From: an uncultured bacterium
Lineage (GTDB): Bacteria; Fidelibacterota; Marinisomatia; Marinisomatales; UBA1611
Direction of reading: 5' to 3'
DNA length: 35,276 bases
NCBI GenBank assembly: GCA_964343085.1
Contig: CAYFIF010000003.1
Coordinates: 1 to 35,276, forward strand
Made by a program: the position numbers and the translations under genes. Under the pieces are notes generated by a model. The model was not told the DNA's origin. It searched no databases and was given only the letters and a program-made list of their open reading frames with translations. This document shows positions 10,355 through 19,800 of the stretch, one piece after another. Every line of letters begins with the position of its first letter. Within the stretch, counting starts at the first letter, position 1.

Positions 10355-11259
10355 AGAATACCTTTTTGGGATTAGCCCTAGGAGGAGGGGGAGCAAGAGG
10401 TGCCGCACATATAGGTGTTCTTAAAGTTTTTAAAAAAAATAATATAATTCCTGAGATAATTTCAGGAACAAGTATCGGAGCAATAATAGGAGCAATGTTT
10501 GCTTCAAATCCTGATCCAGATTGGATTCTAAGAAGATTGCAGAAATTTCTAATGGATCCAAGCACATTATTTTACTCCTCTTTATCTACAATGATTGGTA
10601 GAAATTTTGAGACTATGCTTGAAAAATCCACAAAAAAAATTGAAAATAAATTTGCAGTAATTATCGGGGAAAACAGAACCCAAATTATTAATAGACAGGT
10701 AATTGATGAGATGCTTGAATTTTTGCTCCCAGTTAAAAGGTTTGAGGATCTTAAAATAAGGCTCAAGGTTGTTGCATCAGATATTCAGACAGGAGATGAG
10801 GAAGTCTATGAGACTGGCAATTTAGTTGAAGCCATTGCTAGAAGCTGTTCGATACCTGGTTATGTAGGGCCGACAATGGATGGTGATGCTATGATTGTTG
10901 ATGGAGGGGTTACTAGTCCAACACCAATCGATACCATCAGGAGGGAATGTGAATTTTTGATTGCTATAAATATCGATCGAGGAAACCTTCCAAAGTTAAA
11001 AAATCCTAATATGCTAGAAATAATCAAGAGAGCTGATCTAATTTCAAATAGACGCTTAGCAGAGTTGAATCTTAACAATGCTGATTATGTAATTTCACCA
11101 GATGTTTTAGGTCTTCACTGGTCAGAGTATGACCAGTTTTCTTTGCTAGTGAAAAATGGAATCAAAGCTGCGGAAAAAGAAATAAGCATGATTAAGGATC
11201 AGATAAGAAAAAAAAGCAATTTTTTTTACAAAATGGAAAAACTTTTTTCAATATCTTAA
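10351..11259 (+). CDS. Patatin-like phospholipase (NTE/RssA family)
   Basis: GGGGARG, GTSIG and DGG motifs; GTG start overlapping the upstream stop. Confidence 0.92.
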   Translation: MKNTFLGLALGGGGARGAAHIGVLKVFKKNNIIPEIISGTSIGAIIGAMFASNPDPDWILRRLQKFLMDPSTLFYSSLSTMIGRNFETMLEKSTKKIENKFAVIIGENRTQIINRQVIDEMLEFLLPVKRFEDLKIRLKVVASDIQTGDEEVYETGNLVEAIARSCSIPGYVGPTMDGDAMIVDGGVTSPTPIDTIRRECEFLIAINIDRGNLPKLKNPNMLEIIKRADLISNRRLAELNLNNADYVISPDVLGLHWSEYDQFSLLVKNGIKAAEKEISMIKDQIRKKSNFFYKMEKLFSIS

Positions 11260-11302
11260 AAATAATAGGAAACAAAATTTAATTAAACATATAAAAAAGA
11301 TT

Positions 11303-13147
11303 ATGAGAATTTTTCTATATTTTATTTTTTTATCTGTTCTATATCCTCAAATAGAAAACCCAGTATCAGTAAGTTATATAACCAATAATGCTGTGAGGTC
11401 GGGTGAGGCTTTAAATATTATGTTAAAGGCTGAAATGGATGACCCGAATTGGAGGATTTATTCTGTTCATAAAACATCGGAAGGGCCTACTCCAACTGAC
11501 ATTAAAGTAAGAGGTGATTTTATTGATAAGGTGGGAGAGGTAATTGAGCCTGAACCAGAGCATAAGTGGGATGAAGGTTTTGGTGTTAAATCATACTTTC
11601 ATGGGAATGGTGCTGTTTTTAAAGTCCCAATAAAACTAAAAGATTCACTAGCCCCGGGTTCTTATCAATTAGAGGTTGATTTCTTTTATATTGTTTGTAA
11701 TGATAGAATGTGCTACCCGCCAAATACAAGATCTTTTACTGTACCAATAAATATAGAAAAAGGACCTCCGAGGGCAGGGCACACCACTTTTATAGTAAAT
11801 GATGATATTAATTTAAATAGAACAATTGAAGAGGGGTTCATCTCTTTTTTTCTTCTTTCACTGACCATGGGCTTTCTAGCTTTATTAACTCCTTGCGTTT
11901 TTCCTATGATCCCAATTACAGTTTCCTTTTTTACTAAAAAAGGTGAAGAACAAGGTGTAAGTCCTATTAAGCAAGCTTCCGTATATGCCTTAGGAATTAT
12001 AGTTATTTTTTCATTGCTAGGGATTTCCCTTGCAGTTTTGATTGGGGCTTCAGGAGCAAATCAACTTGCAGCAAACCCTTGGGTTAATTTATTTATTGGA
12101 TTTTTATTTGTTTATTTTGCTTTATCATTATTTGGTATGTATGAAATTCAGTTGCCAACTAGCCTACAAAATTTCACTCTCCAAAAGGAGAAAGAAGAGG
12201 GTGGCTATGTTGGAACTCTTTTTATGTCTGCTACATTCACGCTTGCTTCTTTTACATGTACGGTACAGTTTGTTGGTCTGCTTTTAGTTGCAGCATCTCA
12301 GGGGCAGTGGTTTTGGCCCATACTTGGTATGATAGTTTTTAGTGGAGCATTTGCTACACCATTTTTTTTCTTAGCTCTTTTCCCTCAATACTTATCAAAA
12401 ATACCTAAATCAGGTGGTTGGCTAAATTCGATAAAAGTGGTCATGGGCTTTATGGAATTGGCTGCAGCTTTTAAATTTTTTAGTAATACTGATCTTGTCT
12501 GGAGTTGGGGTGTTTTTACTTATACTAGTGTACTAGTTGTATGGACAATGATCTTTTTATTTACAGGTTTTTATCTTCTTGGGAAAATCCAGTTGCCTCA
12601 TGATTCAAAACTTGAATCAGTAGGTGTCCCTAGAATGTTATTTAGTTTGATGTTTTTAAGTTTCGGGCTATACCTAGGTACCGGACTTTTTGGTCGCAGT
12701 ATTCACGGTCTAATAGAATCTTATTTACCCCCTATAGTAATATCAGATACAAATGATACAAAAGTTCCTTCAGAAATAGAAACAGCTCATCATAAATGGT
12801 ATACTGAGTTAGATGATGCATTTTTAGCAGCTCAAAATGAGAATAAACCTATATTTATAGATTTTACTGGATATACTTGCACAAACTGCAGATGGATGGA
12901 GACTAATATATTTACTTTAGATGAGGTTAAAAAAAGATTTGAAAAATACATACTATTGGCATTGTATACTGATGGTGGGGAAAACTATCGTGAAAAACAA
13001 CAATATGAGATTGATAGATTTGGTACAGCCGCTCTACCTTTTTACGTTTTGCTTACAAAAGATGACCGCGAGATTGCTACTTTTCCAGGAATGACCAGAG
13101 ATGTTCAAAAGTTTATTAATTTTCTTGATAAAGGATTAAATTTGTGA
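11303..13147 (+). CDS. dsbD: Thiol:disulfide interchange protein DsbD (alpha, beta and gamma domains)
   Basis: CNDRMC (alpha), TPCVFP and SFTCT in the TM region (beta), CTNC thioredoxin domain (gamma). Confidence 0.92.
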   Translation: MRIFLYFIFLSVLYPQIENPVSVSYITNNAVRSGEALNIMLKAEMDDPNWRIYSVHKTSEGPTPTDIKVRGDFIDKVGEVIEPEPEHKWDEGFGVKSYFHGNGAVFKVPIKLKDSLAPGSYQLEVDFFYIVCNDRMCYPPNTRSFTVPINIEKGPPRAGHTTFIVNDDINLNRTIEEGFISFFLLSLTMGFLALLTPCVFPMIPITVSFFTKKGEEQGVSPIKQASVYALGIIVIFSLLGISLAVLIGASGANQLAANPWVNLFIGFLFVYFALSLFGMYEIQLPTSLQNFTLQKEKEEGGYVGTLFMSATFTLASFTCTVQFVGLLLVAASQGQWFWPILGMIVFSGAFATPFFFLALFPQYLSKIPKSGGWLNSIKVVMGFMELAAAFKFFSNTDLVWSWGVFTYTSVLVVWTMIFLFTGFYLLGKIQLPHDSKLESVGVPRMLFSLMFLSFGLYLGTGLFGRSIHGLIESYLPPIVISDTNDTKVPSEIETAHHKWYTELDDAFLAAQNENKPIFIDFTGYTCTNCRWMETNIFTLDEVKKRFEKYILLALYTDGGENYREKQQYEIDRFGTAALPFYVLLTKDDREIATFPGMTRDVQKFINFLDKGLNL

Positions 13148-13151
13148 CGTT

Positions 13152-13754
13152 ATGAATAAATATTTGATAAAAATTATTACTTTCTGTTTTATTTTTAATA
13201 TTTCATGCGATGCTAGTAGTGCTCAAAAAAAACAAAATAATATATCTAGTAAGGATAGGAACAATATTTCAAAAAAAGTTAATCCAAATCAAATAAAAAA
13301 AAGACCAAAGGGTTCTGTGTTGGCACCAGACTTTTCTCTTTCTGATCTTGATGGAAATATTATTCAACTAAGTGACTACAAAGGTAAGGTTGTGATGCTA
13401 AACTTTTGGGGTACCTGGTGTGGTCCTTGTAGAAAAGAAATACCTGATTTCATAACTTTAATCGATAAATATCAAGACAAAGGTCTTGAAATATTAGGTG
13501 TAACTCTTACATCTGGCCCACCATCAAGGATTAAGCAGTTTGCAGATAGAATGGGAATTAATTATACGCTACTTACAGATATAAATGGTAATGAATCTCA
13601 AATGGTTACTAGTCTCTATGGAAAAGCAACTGGAAGACCTATAAATGGAATCCCTACTACTTTTATAATTGACAGAGATGGTTATATAGTAAAAAAATAT
13701 ATTGGTCCAAGATCTGAAAATATTTTCTATAACGGTCTGAAACCATACATATAA
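13152..13754 (+). CDS. TlpA/ResA-family thiol-disulfide oxidoreductase, probable lipoprotein
   Basis: APDFSL, NFWGTWCGPC and IPTTFIID motifs; signal peptide ending NISC. Confidence 0.92.
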   Translation: MNKYLIKIITFCFIFNISCDASSAQKKQNNISSKDRNNISKKVNPNQIKKRPKGSVLAPDFSLSDLDGNIIQLSDYKGKVVMLNFWGTWCGPCRKEIPDFITLIDKYQDKGLEILGVTLTSGPPSRIKQFADRMGINYTLLTDINGNESQMVTSLYGKATGRPINGIPTTFIIDRDGYIVKKYIGPRSENIFYNGLKPYI

Positions 13755-13774
13755 TATATTTTCCAAGTAGTGCA

Positions 13775-16732
13775 ATGATCAACTTATTGGTAAGTGCTAC
13801 AATATTTTTTAGCTTTTTAAATATTTCATATGCTCAGTTTCCTGAAAACTATTGGCAGCAAAAAGCTGATTATGAAATGAATATTATCCTTAAAGATTCT
13901 TCTAGAGTTTTAATTGGTAATTCAATAATTAATTATTACAATAATTCTCCGGATACCCTGCACAGGGTGTATTTGCATCTTTATCCAAATGCATTTCAGC
14001 CGGGCTCAGTTAAATTTCGAGAGTATAATACTGGAAGGTTTGGACGTGATTCTAGAAGGAATTTTTTTAAAAAGTGGGAGGATGAATACACAGCTGAAAT
14101 AAAAATTCATGAGTGTTATGTAAGTCAAGATAATCAATTATTATCAAATACATATAAAATAGAGGATACAATTCTTGAGATACCTTTAGGCACACCTATT
14201 TTCCCTAATAATAACGCAAAAATACATATAAACTGGACTCATATTATTGGTCAACATATTGAGAGATATGGATATAATAGTGGGCAATATAATATGTCGC
14301 AGTGGTATCCTAAGATGGTTGTTTATGATCAACAGGGTTGGCATAATGAACCATTTCATGCCGAGGGTGAGTTTTATGGTGAGTTTGGTAATTACACAGT
14401 TTCCCTAGATGTTCCCCGAAAATTTATCGTGTGTGCTACAGGTGAAGTAGTCAAAGGTGATCCTGGTTGGGAAACTGTAAAAGTAGACACATCCATTGAT
14501 TTCCAAGTTTGGGCTGATATTTTTGATAGTACTAGATCAATAATTGATACAACTGGTCGCAGGAATGTTAAATTTTTTGCAAAAAATGTTCATGACTTTG
14601 CTTGGTTAGCATCAGAGGATTTTGTTTATGAGCATGGAAAATCTGACTCAATTGATATTCATTGTTTATTTAATATCTCAAATGGTGAGGATTGGAGCAA
14701 AGGTGTAATAAAAAAGACAAAAAATGTTCTGTCTTGGTTAAATGAAAAATTTGGTAAATATCCATATTCTCAAGTTACGGTAAGTGATGCGCTTAAAGGT
14801 GGCATGGAATACCCTATGTTGGTAATGAATGGAACAGCTAATGAAGATTTGATATCTCACGAAATTGGTCATATCTGGTTTTATGGGGCTTTGGCAAATA
14901 ATGAGACTGATGAAGCTTGGCTAGATGAGGGATTTACTACATTTCAAGAGGATGCTTACATGATTAGTAGATATGGTTATTCAGGGAGAGATCATAAAGA
15001 CGATAACGATTATGGCATTCATAAATTATTAAATTATCCTAGAAATGGTTTATTGGCCCGTGCCCAGTGGAATGTAATTGACTATATCAGATCTAGACAC
15101 CATGAGCCATTAGGGAAAAAAACCTATCACTATACTTCTAACAGGTCTGGAGAAACCAATCACTATGCTAAATCCGCACTAATGCTTAATGAGTTACGTT
15201 ATCTCTTAGGTGATAAAATTTTTTTTGGTGCTATGCAGAGTTATTATAACACATGGAAACTTAAGCACGTTAACAGAAATAGTTTTATAAGCTCAATACA
15301 TAACTATACCAAGAAGGATTTAAGTTGGTTTTTTGATTCTTGGCTTGATGATACAGATATCTGTGATTACGGAATTTACGATTGGTCATGGAAAAAGAAT
15401 GATCAAAATAAATGGGATATAACTCTTCCTATAAAAAACAAAGGTGATAGGTTTCTTCCGATGTTAATCCATACAACATTAGAAGATGGGTCAGTTGATA
15501 GCCTTTGGTGGTGGAATAAGGATTCGTGGTCGATTGATACATTGAGATATCAGGTTGAAAGAAAACCTATGAAAATTACCTTGGATCCCTTTTTTCAGAC
15601 ACTTGATGTGGACTTTAGAAATAATACTACCAAGATGTCGAATCACATTTCTTTTTATTGGCCAGGAATAGATAGATATAATCCAAGGGACAAAAATGTT
15701 TTGTTATATAAGCCCCACATGTTTTACTATAGACCTAATAATGATATTGCTCCAGGTGCATTGATTAAATATAAATATGGCCCCTATCAATCATTTAAGC
15801 TGAGTTTAAATTACAATTACAATAAAAAAAATATTTTTTATGATCTTGAAGGCTGGTTTTCTTTTGTCCATTCCTTCCCGAAGACTAAGTTTAAATATTG
15901 GACTTTTGATTTGCCTGGGGTTAAAGAATTTGGTGCTGAAGTAGAAAAAAAATATAATAAATATTATGGAAACTCTAGGAATCATTATTTTTTTCTTGGC
16001 TTTTATTTTCAGCCAAAATATGACCCTGTTCGATCAGAAGCAATTGGTTACACTGCTAATAGTCCAAATGATAAGATAGGGGTTTCATATCTTGGGTGGA
16101 AGTCAAGCAGAGGTCTAACGAAAACAGATCTTAATTTTTCTTCAACTATAAACCCCTATTCTAGTTGGAAATTTTCTAGGCTTACATTTGTGTTAACAAA
16201 TAGTATAGAAAAGGGTGTTTTCAAATTTAGTCAGAGAGCAATCCTAGGTAAAATTTTCACTGATGATAAAGGGGTACCGGGGCAGGAAGGTTTTAACCTT
16301 GAAGGTAATGCTTCTAATGATATAATTCGAAAGCCATATTTGTTAGATCAATTTTATGGTTCAGATTTTCTTTTCAAGCATTATCATTTTCCAGGAGAAG
16401 GAAATGTTCGAGGTTTTATATCGAAAGGAGAGCAAGGTGGTGAAGAGGTTATTGCAACAACACTTGAAAATTCAATTAAGAAAAATATTGAGTACTTGGA
16501 TCTAGATGTTGAATTGGCAAATTTTTTTGATTTTGGTTTTTTAGGAAATGATAGAAATAAAACTAAAGTTGATTATAAAACAAGGTTTTATTCAGATTTT
16601 GGTTTTGGAATCAGGTTTAATAAAAATATTTTAGGCCAGGATTATTATCTTCGAATTGATTCTGTTATTTATAATAATAAAGGAAATGTTGGAAAGCACA
16701 ATTGGGTCTTCAGTTTTCAAAAACCAATATAA
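13775..16732 (+). CDS. Secreted M1-family zinc aminopeptidase with a C-terminal putative outer-membrane beta-barrel
   Basis: Signal peptide (SYA-Q), YWQQ, GGMEYP, HEIGH-x18-E, catalytic-Tyr region HYAKS. The last ~360 aa are aromatic-rich amphipathic strands with VRGF and FFDFG. Confidence 0.88.
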   Translation: MINLLVSATIFFSFLNISYAQFPENYWQQKADYEMNIILKDSSRVLIGNSIINYYNNSPDTLHRVYLHLYPNAFQPGSVKFREYNTGRFGRDSRRNFFKKWEDEYTAEIKIHECYVSQDNQLLSNTYKIEDTILEIPLGTPIFPNNNAKIHINWTHIIGQHIERYGYNSGQYNMSQWYPKMVVYDQQGWHNEPFHAEGEFYGEFGNYTVSLDVPRKFIVCATGEVVKGDPGWETVKVDTSIDFQVWADIFDSTRSIIDTTGRRNVKFFAKNVHDFAWLASEDFVYEHGKSDSIDIHCLFNISNGEDWSKGVIKKTKNVLSWLNEKFGKYPYSQVTVSDALKGGMEYPMLVMNGTANEDLISHEIGHIWFYGALANNETDEAWLDEGFTTFQEDAYMISRYGYSGRDHKDDNDYGIHKLLNYPRNGLLARAQWNVIDYIRSRHHEPLGKKTYHYTSNRSGETNHYAKSALMLNELRYLLGDKIFFGAMQSYYNTWKLKHVNRNSFISSIHNYTKKDLSWFFDSWLDDTDICDYGIYDWSWKKNDQNKWDITLPIKNKGDRFLPMLIHTTLEDGSVDSLWWWNKDSWSIDTLRYQVERKPMKITLDPFFQTLDVDFRNNTTKMSNHISFYWPGIDRYNPRDKNVLLYKPHMFYYRPNNDIAPGALIKYKYGPYQSFKLSLNYNYNKKNIFYDLEGWFSFVHSFPKTKFKYWTFDLPGVKEFGAEVEKKYNKYYGNSRNHYFFLGFYFQPKYDPVRSEAIGYTANSPNDKIGVSYLGWKSSRGLTKTDLNFSSTINPYSSWKFSRLTFVLTNSIEKGVFKFSQRAILGKIFTDDKGVPGQEGFNLEGNASNDIIRKPYLLDQFYGSDFLFKHYHFPGEGNVRGFISKGEQGGEEVIATTLENSIKKNIEYLDLDVELANFFDFGFLGNDRNKTKVDYKTRFYSDFGFGIRFNKNILGQDYYLRIDSVIYNNKGNVGKHNWVFSFQKPI

Positions 16733-16860
16733 ATATTAAAATAAATATCACACCCTTAAAGATAAATATACTTGAAATAGATGAAGGTGTAGCTAAATTA
16801 TAACGCGAAATTTTTATTTCTAATACAATTAAGAAACACATTCGAGTTTTGGAGACATTA

Positions 16861-19800
16861 ATGGTAAAAAGATTTGTTTATTTGTTACCTACCTTTTTTC
16901 TAATTTGTTCAGAATTATACTCCCAGGAATATTGCCCTGCAGAGAACCTCGTTGCGATTCCAGGTGATTCACAGGTTATTCTTGAGTGGAATGAACCTGG
17001 AAATCCTTTTAATGTTGCTTTTACTATCGAAATCACTACAGATACATGGCCTGGTGAGACATCTGCTAGTTTGATTTACCTAGATACTGGTGAAGAAATT
17101 TGGAGTATTGCTGAAGGATACTTCACTGCTGCAGATGTAACTGAGACTTGGGAATTTGAGCTTGAGCACGGCGAATATATTTTCACAATTTATGATAGCT
17201 GGGGTGATGGACAATATGATCCCGGAGGGTATACCCTTACCCTTGACGGGGAAGTGCTTGAAAGCAGTTATGGTTGGGAAGGTACCGAGGAATCTATAGA
17301 GTTTTCAACTCAGACTAGGAATTATTCTATATATAATACCACTTTTACTGATCCACTTCCTTATCCAAAAGGTACATTTATTTCCCAGCATTTATTAGAT
17401 AATTGGCCCACTAATGATCAAATATTAACCCATCAGGGACAATTAAATGACTCAAGGGATGTACCAGAAGAGTGTGGGGATTTTCAGTATTATTCAATTC
17501 AGGTAGATGGTCAGGAGATAGGCCAAACTGAGGGTACAACATTCACACACACCTCTTTAGTTAATGGTAATTCATATTGTTATACTGTAGTTGTAGAGTA
17601 TGAGGGGACTAGTTCTCTCCCGACTAGCGAGATCTGTGCGACACCATCGCCTTGGACTGCAGAGCCACCATCTAACTTATTATCCTTTCCTGGCGATGAG
17701 CAGATGACTCTTCTTTGGATGCCGCCTGGAGGCGGAGGTGGAGGTGACCAAGGTGATAATATTAACAACCCTTTTGTTGTTACCGGTTTGCCATTCAATG
17801 ATACCGGTTCAACCGTTGGTTTTAGTGATGACTATGATGAAGAATGTCCTTATACTGGTTCACTTTCTCCGGATGTTGTTTATCTTTTCAATGCTGAAGG
17901 TGGTAGCTATGATTTTAGTATATGTGAATCGGGCTATGACACAAAAATTTATGTGTACGATATTGATTTGAATGTAGCAGCAGATGGAGCAGCATGCAAT
18001 GATGACGAGTGCAGCAATGCCGCTGGAGACCCTTGGAGATCGTTGTTAGAAAATATTTATCTTGATGCTGGTGTCTACTATGTTGTAGTTGATGGTTATG
18101 GTAGCCAAGAAGGTGATTATGAACTCTTGATTGATTATTCAGGTAGAAATATTTACAGTCATGATAATACCGCTAAGTTTGTTGATCAATCAGTTAATGA
18201 TAATGTTCGTACAGAATATGACTTTTTAGGGTATAATGTTTTTGTGGATAATGAAGTTATTAATGTTGACCCTATTACTAGTGCTACTTACACAGTTGCG
18301 GGTTTAAATAATGAATTATCATATCTTTTTGGTGTAACTGCTGTTTATGAAGGGCCAGGTGGAGGTGATAATTATCAAAGTGTGATGATTACTACTGAAG
18401 ATAGTCCAATATATTTATTTGGAGATGTAGGAGGGACTATTGTTGATCCTAATGGGGATCCGCTTGATAGTGTGGTTGTAAGCTCTGGTTCGATCAGTGA
18501 TACCACTTCCACAGATGGTGTGTTTTTATTAATGGGTTTGCTTCCAGGTACGCAAAGCATTCGAGCTCAAAAAGTTGGTTTTTATACTGAAACCGCAGAT
18601 GTAGCTATAATTGCACAGGCTGACCCTATAGTTCAAGATTTTGTTTTAAGTCCTGATATGCCTAGACCTGTAGGTCTTTCTACTATTGCTGGAGATCAAA
18701 TGATTCACCTTTCTTGGTTAACTCCTGGATCAATGGATATTTATGAACTTTCTTACGATGATGGAGAATATGAACTTTCTATCACAGGCGGGTCGGATCA
18801 AATAGAATTAGGAGTCTACTTTGATCCAAATGTTTCTGGTGAAATCCTTCAAGGTCGTTTTATGTTTACCGATTTATTTGATGGAAATCCAACGTTTTCT
18901 ACCGATCCTGTTGAGGTACGTGTTTATAAAATGGATCAGGATGGCCTCCCTGAATTGGTTTTTATTGGTGAGGATCTTCTTGAGGTTAGTGATGTGGAAG
19001 TTTGGTTAGATTATGATTTTCCTGAACCAATAGAAATAGATGAGACTGGGTTTATTTTGAGTGTGCGATTTACAACTGGATCTGGACCAGGAATTTGCAG
19101 AGATGAGAACGGTTATATTTATGGTCATAGTTTTGTGAATTTTGGTGATAATTATTGGCTAGAAACTGGAGATCTTGGTTTCCCTGGTAATTATATGATG
19201 AGAGCTGTTGCCTCATTAGAAGGTGAGCCCGAAGAGGGTCGAGAAAGGCATTTAACCGTTTTAAGTGGTGGGAATCAAAATTCTTATATTCTGGAGTATG
19301 ATGAAAACGCGAGTTATTTTGAATATCAAGAACAATATATTACAATTTTGCCAACACCATATAATTCAACCTCAAATAGGGAAGATGTCTTAACAGAATA
19401 TAAAGTTTATCAGGTTGATAATAATGCAAACACAACTCTAGTAGCAACGACTACCGACACATTTACTACGGTGACAGTAGCTGAGAATTATATTGAATAT
19501 TGTTATAACGTTCGAGCTGTTTGGAACACAGATAGTTATGGTACTTTAGAATCAAGGGCTTCAAATGTTTCATGCGCTGTTCCATTTACTTACGGAGATG
19601 CAGATTTTGATAGTGACGCAGATATTCAAGATGTGTTGTCAGTAGTGGATTATATTCTTGAGGAAGAAATTCCTACGGAAGATCAATTTAGGAATGTTGA
19701 TCTAAATATGGATGAAGAAATAAATATTGCTGATGTGGTCATGATTGTTGATATTTTATTTGGAGGGAATTCCAGGGTTACTTCAAATCATAATTATCAA

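Noticed and set aside
10351-11259. Patatin as a split PlpD passenger for the downstream Omp85-like barrel
   Set aside because: No signal peptide, looks like a cytoplasmic NTE/RssA-type patatin, and is separated from the barrel gene by dsbD and tlpA.
11401-11428. dif-like sequence GGGTGAGGCTT-TAAATA-TTATGTTAAAG
   Set aside because: The XerD arm matches well, but the XerC arm lacks the inner ATAA, and the site lies inside the dsbD coding sequence; probably chance.
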